A DNA stretch of 41,481 bases, taken from IMG/VR virus record IMGVR_UViG_2519103024_000007. One strand, 5' to 3'. The DNA comes from a virus (taxonomy: Duplodnaviria; Heunggongvirae; Uroviricota; Caudoviricetes). Made by a program: the position numbers and the translations under genes. The notes beneath the pieces are model-generated. The model saw nothing but the letters and a program-made list of their open reading frames with translations. It ran no database searches and had not been told where the DNA came from. Position 1 is the first letter of the stretch. The number at the start of each line of letters is the position of its first letter. Below, in pieces: positions 1 through 9,555 of the stretch.

Positions 1-318
1 ATGAAAAAGATAGCTGCTATATCATTAATTAGTGTTTTTCTTATGTCTGGGTGTGCTGTACATAATGATGAGACAAGTATCGGTAAATTTGGTCTTGCAT
101 ATAAAAGTAATATTCAGCGTAAACTCGATAACCAATACTACACCGAAGCCGAAGCTTCTTTAGCCAGGGGTAGAATATCTGGTGCAGAAAATATAGTAAA
201 AAATGATGCAGTTCATTTCTGTGTTACTCAGGGCAAAAAAATGCAGATAGTTGACCTGAAGACAGAAGGTGCAGGATTACATGGCGTCGCTCGTCTGACA
301 TTCAAATGTGGAGAGTGA
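1..318 (+). CDS. yegR: small host lipoprotein, YegR-like
   Basis: 105-aa ORF with N-terminal signal peptide and lipobox LMSGC; lies next to a P2-type att site opposite yegQ, which fits the E. coli yegR locus. Identity is by recall of locus layout, not by search. Confidence 0.5.
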   Translation: MKKIAAISLISVFLMSGCAVHNDETSIGKFGLAYKSNIQRKLDNQYYTEAEASLARGRISGAENIVKNDAVHFCVTQGKKMQIVDLKTEGAGLHGVARLTFKCGE

Positions 319-646
319 GAATAGATTCAAGACTACCATGCACATATTTATTTTATCTGTGATGGGATATTCTTCAACACCATTATTGAATGTGAGTAAT
401 AATGACAAACAGATAGATGAAACTAAAGCAGAATTTTTATTTTATGCAGCCATCAGAAAATGATGTCAAAAATGTTCCAATGCTTTAGGTTCATTTTTTG
501 GTAAGCGTCAAACATGCGCGTTCTGGCTGTGCGTAACCGGAACCTGTGCGAGCACGATGTCGATAAGTGAAAAGCATCGTGCTATGAAGGAGGATTCTAT
601 CGATGTGGTCAATGGAAGACGGTGACCAGGGATAGGGCTTATGCAT

Positions 647-673
647 AAAAAATAAGCCCGTGTAAGGGAGATT
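647..673. repeat. prophage attL core, 27 bp AAAAAATAAGCCCGTGTAAGGGAGATT
   Basis: Second copy at 35412-35438 with 2 substitutions; sits immediately outside the integrase gene; I recall this as the P2 att core. Confidence 0.7.
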
Positions 674-752
674 TAGGGTGTCACCAGTAGGGGCTTTCAA
701 CGGTACAATGCGGGTTTGAGCGGCATAAATTACCACTGAAAGCCCTTAAACG

Positions 753-1766
753 TTACTCTACTGTGGACACTGTGTGGACACTCTCGGCCTCAGTACCACC
801 TCTTAGCGGATTAAGAGAAATGGCGTCCTGAAGGTACTCTGGCGCAAAATGAGCGTAAACCATAGTTTGCTCAATCCGCGTGTGACCTAGTATCCGTTGT
901 AGCGTGATAATACTTCCTCCATTAATCATGAAATGAGTGGCAAAGCTGTGCCTTAGTGCATGTGTGGCTTGCCCCATTGGCAAATCCGGTTTTATTGCTT
1001 TCATTGTTCGTCTGAAGCGAGGGTAATCAGCATCAGGGAATAAAAAACCTCGTTTGTTATCCGCGATCATTTTGGCAACAGCCTCTGAAATCGGGACGGT
1101 GCGTGGTTTGTTTGTTTTCGTTTTAACAAACGTGACGCGGTTATGGATGATATTTTCTGCTTTCAAACGAGCTGCTTCTCCCCAACGTGCTCCTGTACTC
1201 AGGCAAAGAATCGCAATCTTTTTATTGTCGCCGTCAAGTGCTGCAAGCAGTAAGGCAATTTCTTCCTGTGTGAGATAGCCTGTTTCTGGTTTTTCCTCCT
1301 TAAGCCTCTTTGTCCCTCTGATAGGGTGCTCACCAAAGAATAACTCCGCTTCAATCAGGGCTGTAAACATGCCGCTAATACATGTTAAATCACGATTGAT
1401 ACTCGAAGGTTTAATACCCTGGCTTCTTCGGGTGGCGCAGTACTGGCTGATAAGGGATTTCGTGATTTGAAATGCGCATGGGTCATTCGTTATTTTTGTG
1501 AAGATTTCAATTTTTCCAAGATTAGATTTCCCATGCTCTTCGTGTTTACCCTTTAAATCCCACCAGATCTGTGTCAGTTCCGACAGACGTCGTTTGTCTG
1601 TTGGTTTTGATAGCCATTCTTTATTGTGGTGGTTGTACAACGTGTATTTTTCGAAAGCGACAGCTTCGCTTTTCTTATCAAACTTCCTACGGATGCGTTT
1701 TCCGTTACGTCCAGTAGGGCGGATGTCCACTTCATATCGACCATCATCGAGTTTTTTGATTGCCAT
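753..1766 (-). CDS. int: P2-family tyrosine integrase
   Basis: 337 aa; C-terminal HxLRHSFAT...LGH...Y catalytic signature; adjacent to att core; same length as P2 Int as I recall it. Confidence 0.9.
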   Translation of the reverse strand: MAIKKLDDGRYEVDIRPTGRNGKRIRRKFDKKSEAVAFEKYTLYNHHNKEWLSKPTDKRRLSELTQIWWDLKGKHEEHGKSNLGKIEIFTKITNDPCAFQITKSLISQYCATRRSQGIKPSSINRDLTCISGMFTALIEAELFFGEHPIRGTKRLKEEKPETGYLTQEEIALLLAALDGDNKKIAILCLSTGARWGEAARLKAENIIHNRVTFVKTKTNKPRTVPISEAVAKMIADNKRGFLFPDADYPRFRRTMKAIKPDLPMGQATHALRHSFATHFMINGGSIITLQRILGHTRIEQTMVYAHFAPEYLQDAISLNPLRGGTEAESVHTVSTVE

Positions 1767-1881
1767 CAGAAAACCCTCCGAGTGGTACTTTTTTTTGCTA
1801 CTACTAATCGCTTTTTTCGTGGTGGCTGAAATTTAGCCACCAATAGTAGGCACTTGTGATGAATATATTCACGATAAATTG

Positions 1882-2181
1882 TTAACCAGTCTTTTGACCG
1901 GAGTGGGGCGACGTTGTTTCGTTTTGCCCAAAGTGTGCGAGAGCGGGCGCAATTTGCCCGGACTCAGGAGCGACCTGATTGGTCATGAACCATAAAGTGT
2001 ATTTGGTGAATTGTGGGGTCTGCAGGATGTTCATCATGACATCTGTTGGAGGTGTTGAACGACCACTTTCATAGTAACTCAGCGTGCCATACGGAACCCC
2101 TGTTAAATCAGCAAGTTGTTGTCTGCTCAAATACTCTGATTTTCGCATTAAGACTATCTTCTCGCTTATCGTGTTTGACAT
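1882..2181 (-). CDS. C: immunity repressor C
   Basis: 99 aa with helix-turn-helix segment (SRQQLADLTGVPYGTLSYYESG); divergent from cox, as in the P2 lysis-lysogeny switch. Confidence 0.85.
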   Translation of the reverse strand: MSNTISEKIVLMRKSEYLSRQQLADLTGVPYGTLSYYESGRSTPPTDVMMNILQTPQFTKYTLWFMTNQVAPESGQIAPALAHFGQNETTSPHSGQKTG

Positions 2182-2295
2182 GGTGTTTAGATCTCAATAG
2201 TATTTAGTTTAGATGTAGATTGTTTAGTGCTTGGATGTGGGCACTAAAAGGCATTATAAGGCATTAAACGCAATTCATGAGGGCTGGGGGACGAC
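2182..2295. promoter_or_regulatory. divergent C/cox switch region with reiterated TTTAG operator-like repeats
   Basis: Intergenic region between divergent C and cox carries several TTTAG(A/T) repeats (gtttagatc, atttagtttagatgtag, tgtttagtg). Exact promoter hexamers not assigned. Confidence 0.45.
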
Positions 2296-2571
2296 ATGAG
2301 CAAGCAAGTAACACTCATGACTGATGCGATTCCTTATCAGGAGTTCGCAAAACTAATAGGAAAATCGACAGGAGCGGTTCGTCGGATGATCGATAAAGGA
2401 AAGCTGCCTGTAATTGATATGACCGATCCACAATCAGCTTCAGGTCGTGCAGGTGAATATTGGGTATACCTTCCGGCATGGAATAACGGACTAAAACTGG
2501 CTTATGAAAGCCGCCCTAAAGAGATTCGTGACGGCTGGTTGATGTGGTTAGGTCTCGGTGAACCACGTTAA
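2296..2571 (+). CDS. cox: Cox (excisionase / early regulator)
   Basis: 91 aa, first gene of the early rightward operon opposite C; length matches P2 Cox. Confidence 0.85.
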   Translation: MSKQVTLMTDAIPYQEFAKLIGKSTGAVRRMIDKGKLPVIDMTDPQSASGRAGEYWVYLPAWNNGLKLAYESRPKEIRDGWLMWLGLGEPR

Positions 2572-2752
2572 GGAGAACCGTATGAACGAGCCTCGTTGTA
2601 TTGCTCAGTTATTGCGTAACGAAAGCCCCAGGGCGATTGACTTCACCATCACCCACGGTAAGGGGCGTAAGGGAATCATTATCCGCACCAAAAAACAGAG
2701 TCCGTTAAAAAAGGCTCTGACCTTTCTGAAAAGCCGGAGGGTATGGAAATGA
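2558..2752 (+). CDS. small basic hypothetical protein (P2 early-region ORF)
   Basis: 64-aa ORF overlapping cox stop and B start; position as in the P2 early operon. Confidence 0.4.
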   Translation: MNHVKENRMNEPRCIAQLLRNESPRAIDFTITHGKGRKGIIIRTKKQSPLKKALTFLKSRRVWK

Positions 2753-3249
2753 CAGTGATGACGCTCAATCTCGTTGAAAAACAGCCAGCAGCTATGCGCC
2801 GGATAATTGGTAAGCATCTTGCCGTTCCTCGCTGGCAGGATACATGTGATTATTATAATCAGATGATGGAGCGCGAACGGCTAACGGTTTGCTTTCATGC
2901 GCAGTTAAAACAGCGTCACGCAACGATGCGTTTTGAAGAAATGAACGACGTCGAACGTGAACGACTGGTATGTGCAATTGATGAGTTGCGTGGGGCATTC
3001 TCAAAACGCCGTCAGGTTGGCGCAAGTGAGTATGCATATATTAGTTTTTTAACAGTCAGTCAGCGTCGCACTTTATTTATGCACGCACGACTGACAGAAA
3101 AAGAATTTAACCAGCCATACTGGCGAATTAATGAGGAATCATGTTACTGGCGTGATGCTTTATTCCGTGCATTACGTGAATTATTCAGTCTGTTTGAGTA
3201 TGCACCGACAATTCTGACGTCGGTAAAACCAGAGCAATATCTGCATTAA
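2743..3249 (+). CDS. B: replication protein B (helicase loader-like)
   Basis: 168 aa, second early gene, length and position as P2 gpB. Confidence 0.7.
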   Translation: MEMTVMTLNLVEKQPAAMRRIIGKHLAVPRWQDTCDYYNQMMERERLTVCFHAQLKQRHATMRFEEMNDVERERLVCAIDELRGAFSKRRQVGASEYAYISFLTVSQRRTLFMHARLTEKEFNQPYWRINEESCYWRDALFRALRELFSLFEYAPTILTSVKPEQYLH

Positions 3250-3312
3250 GTAATTAACCAGAGTTTTTAACGCGCTTAATCGTGCGGGGCTTCTTTTTGC
3301 CCGGAGAAAGTC

Positions 3313-3537
3313 ATGCATACAGTTTCTGAAAATCAGTGCGGTAAATACGCATTACTGCTGCAACAGGCCAGAACCGAAGCACAGGCCGACGCTGCGACGC
3401 GCTTTTCTTCTCATCTTGACGCCATGATTCGCCATATCACAAAGGCGGAGTTATCCCGCGTGGAGATAGTCGAGCTGCTCAGTCAGGAGTCGGAAAAATT
3501 TCACAATATCGGATTGTCTCGCGGGGAGGTACTTTGA
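3313..3537 (+). CDS. hypothetical early protein
   Basis: 74-aa ORF in the B-to-A interval, overlapping the next ORF. Confidence 0.5.
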   Translation: MHTVSENQCGKYALLLQQARTEAQADAATRFSSHLDAMIRHITKAELSRVEIVELLSQESEKFHNIGLSRGEVL

Positions 3538-3836
3538 TGTCCTGTTCTCATTCAGTTGTATTACTGAATAACGCCTTAAAAATCGCCGTTATGAAAAATG
3601 GCGATTTGTCTCTTATTCAACTTTGTCTTGATAAAGAAAAACGCGACATCACTGAATCTGTTATCGCGATTTATCAGAATGAATTAAACCTCCTGTCTGA
3701 TGTGGTCAATTTACTTGTTAAACGCGCTGTATTCCACAAGCAAATTTCCTCAGTGGATGAACTGACAAAATTAACGACAGAACTTGCCAGTTATTGCGCT
3801 GATGTATCCAGGAAACTTAACGATAAAAGGAGCTGA
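3534..3836 (+). CDS. hypothetical early protein
   Basis: 100-aa ORF, stop/start overlap with neighbours. Confidence 0.5.
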   Translation: MMSCSHSVVLLNNALKIAVMKNGDLSLIQLCLDKEKRDITESVIAIYQNELNLLSDVVNLLVKRAVFHKQISSVDELTKLTTELASYCADVSRKLNDKRS

Positions 3837-3838
3837 TA

Positions 3839-4063
3839 ATGCCGGACAACGTAGATTTTATTCAGGAACAACAGGCTGAATTACTGGAGCGCCAGATTAA
3901 CGCGGCAAGGGTAAAACATTGCGGTGCTTCTGCGCTGGTTTGCGAAGAGTGTGACGCGCCAATACCTGCTGCCCGTCGTGCGGCTTATCCGTCAGCCACG
4001 CGTTGTGTTTCCTGTCAGTCAGTCTTTGAAGCAAAAAACAAACATTACCGGAGAACGGCATGA
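3839..4063 (+). CDS. DksA/TraR-type C4 zinc-finger protein
   Basis: 74 aa with Cx2C-N17-Cx2C (CEECDAPIPAARRAAYPSATRCVSC). Confidence 0.7.
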   Translation: MPDNVDFIQEQQAELLERQINAARVKHCGASALVCEECDAPIPAARRAAYPSATRCVSCQSVFEAKNKHYRRTA

Positions 4064-4335
4064 GTATTCGTATTGAAATTGGCGAACGTTATGTCGTTAC
4101 CAGTGACAGCTTTCAGTTTATTCTCCACGAGAAAAAGAGAGCGGAAAGCGGTAAAAACGCCGGTCAGGAATGGCTGGCGGTGGTTGGTTATTACCCGAAA
4201 TTAAGCCAGCTCGTTTCCGGCCTGATGCATCACGATATTCTGACCGGAAGCGCAAAGTCTTTTGCTGATTTAAACGCGCAGGTTGAGCAACTCAGCAAGC
4301 GTTGTTCAGAGGCTTTTGGCTCATATGGCCGTTAA
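4060..4335 (+). CDS. hypothetical early protein
   Basis: 91-aa ORF immediately upstream of and overlapping A. Confidence 0.5.
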   Translation: MSIRIEIGERYVVTSDSFQFILHEKKRAESGKNAGQEWLAVVGYYPKLSQLVSGLMHHDILTGSAKSFADLNAQVEQLSKRCSEAFGSYGR

Positions 4336-6616
4336 AGCCTCCGGGCGTTTTGTCCCTCCGTCAGCATTTACCGCAGGCACCGGTAAGACGTTTACCGGTG
4401 CTTATGCATGGAACGCGCCACGCGAGGCCGTCGGGCGCGAAAGACCCCTTACACGTGACGAGATGCGTCAGGTGCAAGGTGTTTTATCCACGATTAACCG
4501 CCTGCCTTACTTTTTGCGCTCGCTGTTTACTTCACGCTATGACTACATCCGGCGCAATAAAAGCCCGGTGCACGGGTTTTATTTCCTCACATCCACTTTT
4601 CAGCGTCGTTTATGGCCGCGCATTGAGCGTGTGAATCAGCGCCATGAAATGAACACCGACGCGTCGTTGCTGTTTCTGGCAGAGCGTGACCATTATGCGC
4701 GTCTGCCGGGGATGAATGATAAGGAGCTGAAAAAGTTTGCCGCCCGTATCTCATCGCAGCTTTTCATGATGTATGAGGAACTCTGCGATGCCTGGGTGGA
4801 TGCGCATGGCGAAAAAGAATCGCTGTTTACGGATGAGGCGCAGGCTCACCTCTATGGTCATGTTGCTGGCGCTGCACGTGCTTTCAATATTTCCCCGCTC
4901 TACTGGAAAAAATACCGTAAAGGACAGATGACCACGAGGCAGGCATATTCTGCCATTGCCCGCCTGTTTAACGATGAGTGGTGGATTAGTCAGCTTAAAG
5001 GCCAGCGTATGCGCTGGCATGAGGCGTTACTGATTGCTGTCGGGGAGGTCAATAAAGACCGTTCACCTTATGCCAGTAAACATGCCATTCGTGATGTGCG
5101 TGCACGCCGCCAGGCAAATCTGGAATTTCTTAAATCGTGTGACCTTGAAAACAGGGAAACCGGCGAACGCATCGACCTTATCAGTAAGGTGATGGGCAGT
5201 ATTTCTAATCCTGAAATTCGCCGGATGGAGCTGATGAACACCATTGCCGGTATTGAGCGTTACGCCGCCGCAGAGGGTGATGTGGGGATGTTTATCACGC
5301 TTACCGCGCCGTCAAAGTATCACCCGACACGTCAGGTCGGAAAAGGCGAAAGTAAAACCGTCCAGCTAAATCACGGCTGGAACGATGAGGCATTTAATCC
5401 AAAGGATGCGCAGCGTTATCTCTGCCATATCTGGAGCCTGATGCGCACGGCATTCAAGGATAATGATTTACAGGTCTACGGTTTGCGTGTCGTCGAGCCA
5501 CACCACGACGGAACGCCGCACTGGCATATGATGCTTTTTTGTAATCCACGCCAGCGTAACCAGATTATCGAAATCATGCGTCGCTATGCGCTCAAAGAGG
5601 ATGGCGACGAAAGAGGAGCCGCGCGAAACCGTTTTCAGGCAAAACATCTTAACCGGGGCGGTGCTGCGGGGTATATCGCAAAATACATCTCAAAAAACAT
5701 CGATGGCTATGCACTGGATGGTCAGCTCGATAATGATACCGGCAGGCCGCTGAAAGATACTGCTGCGGCTGTTACCGCATGGGCGTCAACGTGGCGAATT
5801 CCGCAATTTAAAACGGTTGGCCTGCCGACAATGGGGGCTTACCGTGAACTACGCAAATTGCCTCGCGGCGTCAGTATTGCTGATGAGTTTGACGAACGCG
5901 TCGAGGCTGCTCGCGCTGCCGCAGACAGTGGTGATTTTGCGTTGTATATCAGCGCGCAGGGTGGGGCAAATGTCCCGCGCGATTGTCAGACTGTCAGGGT
6001 TGCCCGTAGCCCGTCGGATGACGTTAACGAGTACGAGGAAGAAGTCGAGAGAGTGGTCGGCATTTACGCGCCGCATCTCGGCGCGCGTCATATTCATATC
6101 ACCAGAACGACGGACTGGCGCATTGTGCCGAAAGTTCCGGTCGTTGAGCCTTTGACTTTAAAAAGCGGCATCGCCGCGCCTCGGAGTCCTGTCAATAACT
6201 GTGGAAAGCTCACCGGTGGTGATACTTCGTTACCGGCTCCCACACCTTCTGAGCACGCCGCAGCAGTGCTTAATCTGGTTGATGACGGTGTTATTGAATG
6301 GAATGAACCGGAGGTCGTGAGGGCGCTCAGGGGCGCATTAAAATACGACCTGAGAACGCCAAACCGTCAGCAAAGAAACGGAAGCCCGTTAAAACCGCAT
6401 GAAATTGCACCATCTGCCAGACTGACCAGGTCTGAACGATTGCAAATCACCCGTATCCGCGTTGACCTTGCTCAGAACGGTATCATGCCGCAGCGATGGG
6501 AGCTTGAGGCGCTGGCGCGTGGAGCGACCGTAAATTATGACGGGAAAAAATTCACGTATCCGGTCGCTGATGGTTGGGGGGGATTCATAGGGCGCTTTGA
6601 TTTTTTCTGTGTTTGA
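4325..6616 (+). CDS. A: replication initiation protein A (rolling-circle nickase)
   Basis: 763 aa from ATG 4325 (track ORF begins at an upstream in-frame start, 4283); HxH-type motif HWHMMLF; length and position as P2 gpA. Confidence 0.9.
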   Translation: MAVKASGRFVPPSAFTAGTGKTFTGAYAWNAPREAVGRERPLTRDEMRQVQGVLSTINRLPYFLRSLFTSRYDYIRRNKSPVHGFYFLTSTFQRRLWPRIERVNQRHEMNTDASLLFLAERDHYARLPGMNDKELKKFAARISSQLFMMYEELCDAWVDAHGEKESLFTDEAQAHLYGHVAGAARAFNISPLYWKKYRKGQMTTRQAYSAIARLFNDEWWISQLKGQRMRWHEALLIAVGEVNKDRSPYASKHAIRDVRARRQANLEFLKSCDLENRETGERIDLISKVMGSISNPEIRRMELMNTIAGIERYAAAEGDVGMFITLTAPSKYHPTRQVGKGESKTVQLNHGWNDEAFNPKDAQRYLCHIWSLMRTAFKDNDLQVYGLRVVEPHHDGTPHWHMMLFCNPRQRNQIIEIMRRYALKEDGDERGAARNRFQAKHLNRGGAAGYIAKYISKNIDGYALDGQLDNDTGRPLKDTAAAVTAWASTWRIPQFKTVGLPTMGAYRELRKLPRGVSIADEFDERVEAARAAADSGDFALYISAQGGANVPRDCQTVRVARSPSDDVNEYEEEVERVVGIYAPHLGARHIHITRTTDWRIVPKVPVVEPLTLKSGIAAPRSPVNNCGKLTGGDTSLPAPTPSEHAAAVLNLVDDGVIEWNEPEVVRALRGALKYDLRTPNRQQRNGSPLKPHEIAPSARLTRSERLQITRIRVDLAQNGIMPQRWELEALARGATVNYDGKKFTYPVADGWGGFIGRFDFFCV
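6176..6195 (+). other. candidate P2-type replication origin / A nick site inside gene A
   Basis: GCGCCTCGGAGTCCTGTCAA matches what I recall as the P2 ori nick region; recall only, not verified. Confidence 0.3.
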
Positions 6617-6839
6617 CATAGAATAGCCCCGTTACCGCTTGGGACATCTACTTTGCATTACTCTTGGTATTAGCTTTGTACAAAGGGTATAAAGGCTGCT
6701 ATTGGCAACAATAGTGCTGGCATGGAGATTGCCTCATGTTAAAGCTAGTGAATGTACGCCAGTACAACCGCTACCGCTTTGGGCGTTGGGAGACGGTGCG
6801 TAAGCACCGTCGTTCTTACCCAAAACGATAATATGCGGC

Positions 6840-9052
6840 CTAAGCGGTAACGTTTTCCTCTTCTAGTTCGTCCATCATTTTTAAATAATGCATTTCGTCA
6901 CCAGTAGCTGAAAATATTGTTCTCAATTGTTTTAGGTATTTATCTGGGTCTATGTCGCCCATATCAGTAATATTTACCGCATCAGAGTGAGAACCTCTGT
7001 TAATGTATCTGTAGAATGCTTTGAAATCACTGTTGCTATCGTCGCGTGCCAACTTTGTTAATTCATCTTGTAGAGCATCTGTTCTATGAACAAATGCAAA
7101 ATAATATTCTAGTATGTTTCTCATAATATTCGGTATTATGATTTTGTTTGCTTTGCCATCTTTTGCATCTTTTAATATTTGCCACAAAGATTGATATTCA
7201 TTCTGTATGCTGTTTTTTGTATTTCAGTAATTATACTAAAATCATTTTTCGTTACTCTACCTAGATAATAGTTTTTCTTAAATAGTTTGTCTTCTCTGCT
7301 TTTAGGAGATAGCTTAATAAGTTCATGAAAGAAATAAAGATTGTGAGTAAGGATTAATACCTTCTTTGTTAATTCATTTTTTATAATGTGGTGATGAATA
7401 ATTGATGCGATGTCGTAGACATAGTTTTGCGATAGACTAGATATTGGATCGTCAATAACAATAAAAATATCCCTGCTATCGGTATCATTTTTATCGGTTT
7501 TACCTTTACAGCACTCTAAAAAATAAAGAAACGTTATTAGTGTTTTTTCACCTTCGCTAAGAGATCTATAAACATTTTGGTTTTTTGTATGCCCTGGTCG
7601 AGATATAATGTACATATCTTTTCTTTCTGCATGTTTTTCAATACAAAAACCAGAGATCCCTAGATTTTTTAAATGGGTGTTTATTGAGTCTATCGTAGAA
7701 TCAATGTTAGATATTTTATCTCGCAATGCTTTTATTGTGAGATTATTTTCTTTTCCTTGTTGCTCAATATTATTTAATTCATCATGAACTTTCTTTTTGA
7801 TATCAAAGAATTTTTCTTTGTGTTTGGATAAATTCTCTAAATCATCGCTGCAAAAAGCATGGAGAGCCCCCCAAACTTGTTTTCCGATTTTATTCTCATA
7901 CTCTTTGAGTTTTTTAACCTTATCATTTATGTCTCTTATTTTCTTGTTAACAGCGCCTATGCTTTCCTGAACATGATTTTCTAGTTCTTTATCAATTTCT
8001 AATGTAACGCATGTTGATGGATTGTTGATCTTATCAATAATGTTTATTAAATTTTTTCTGCAATGTTTTGCAATATTTTAATATTGGAAATAATGTTCTC
8101 TTTATCTTTCTCATTGATTAGTGCACATGATGATATATTGTTTTGTATTTCGTTAAAATGATATATGGTATTTTTCTCATAAACTGACTTTATATCTGAG
8201 AGCTGTTTTACTTTCTTTGAATAACTTTCGTCAAATATTGATTTAAGGGCATTTAAAAATTCGTGACTAATAGTTTTTTCCTGACAAAACGGACATGTAG
8301 AACCGTCTAAATAATGTTCTTTACCTTTTTTTACCCAGTCAAGATTATGAAGTTTATTAATGGTTTCTGATAAATAGCTATTGCTTGTATCTATTATAGG
8401 TGTTGCTAATGTATTTACATCATCAATTGATGGGGTATATGGATGTAAAGGAGTTATTAATGCGGTTTCATTGTTTCTATTTTCTAATAGTATAGAGTAT
8501 TCTTTTGCTATATCATTTAAATTAATAAAGGTGATTGGTGAGGATGATTTTATCATCTCAAAAAAGGTCTTTTATAGCCAACTTTACCTTTCATTAAGGT
8601 TTTTAGTACAGAGTTTCTGATTGGTTCTGTTTTTTTCCAGATCGATTCGATGTATTCATTTTCTTTTTTTCCATTTCTGCTTCTAATTTCAATAACACTC
8701 CTTTTTTTTGTCTATATTGCTCTGTGAGTTGCTGTTTAATTGCTTCTTTTTCAATTAATTGTTTTTCAATATCTGCATTTTCTTTACTTAATGTAAAAAC
8801 ACCTTTTTGTTCCTGTGCATTATAGAAGTTATCTTCAATAAATTTAGTGTTGTAAACAAGAGGTTTGTAATTGTCAAGAAGGGTACATTCACACTCGTTA
8901 TAATCTGTGTGTGTAGAGTCGTAGAAATAATTTGAAATGGTAGATTTGCCACAACCATTTTGGCCGTATAGTATGTTTACTCTTTTTTCAAGATTCAGTA
9001 TTGTGAAGGCGTCTTTCTTATAACTGGTAACATTTTTTAATCTAAGTTCCAT
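6840..9052 (-). CDS. AAA_13-like ABC-type ATPase, reading frame broken in three places (pseudogene or assembly indels)
   Basis: Four collinear minus-strand ORF pieces (9052-8603, 8556-8047, open frame 8077-7172, 7223-6840). Walker A GQNGCGKST, CPFC motif in a K/E-rich coiled-coil insert, ABC signature LSEGEK, Walker B IFIVIDD, H-loop LTHN. Region is strongly AT-rich. Confidence 0.6.
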
Positions 9053-9367
9053 TTTTATGCCTCATACGATAAAGCTTTTATTGTATGTAAAAAAGCAGCT
9101 TAATATAGCCACTTAGTGGTAAAGATCTACCTTAAGACTTTGATATGTTCAAGAGGCATATAACGTAAGTGTTCGTTGAGCCAAATGTGTTTACGCTATG
9201 ACGAGTTGGTCGTTTTTTGACAATCCTGTAGGAGCTATAGATAGGCGTATATTAAGTGCGTGTTTTTGCATGTGTCAGATACTATTCTTTTTGTCAGTTT
9301 CGGTCAGTGCTGATGTGATTTCAGTTTCATCATGCAACTGCATTAAAACCGCCCCATGAAGCGGGCG

Positions 9368-9386
9368 GGCGAGGCGGGGAAAGCAC
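9368..9386. other. cos cohesive-end site (19 nt GGCGAGGCGGGGAAAGCAC)
   Basis: Exact match to the P2 cohesive end as I recall it, in the expected position between the A-side cargo and portal gene Q. Confidence 0.5.
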
Positions 9387-9555
9387 TGCGCGCTGGCGGT
9401 GGTGCTGATTTTATTTTTTCAGCGTCTCAGCGCGTCGTGACGGCGCTTAGTCTGCCCGTTGAGGCGCTGGTGTGTCTGCGGGGTGTTTTGTGCGGTGGTG
9501 AGCGTGTGAGGGCGTGATGACGGGGTGTAAAAAAGCCGCCCGCAGGCGGCGATGT

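Noticed and set aside
491-736. 81-aa minus-strand ORF spanning the attL core
   Set aside because: Crosses the host/phage junction and the att core, has no RBS and looks like arbitrary sequence; treated as non-coding.
6840-9052. Possibility that the A-cos cargo gene is P2 old
   Set aside because: The Walker A context and coiled-coil insert fit an AAA_13/SMC-like ATPase; the N-terminus does not resemble what I recall of Old and I saw no TOPRIM-like motif in the open frames.
9273-9297. TGTCAG hexamers (one as TGTCAGATA, also present at 26238-26246) upstream of the ATPase gene near cos
   Set aside because: Too short and differently spaced to link confidently to the CAGACTGTCAG site family; could be chance.
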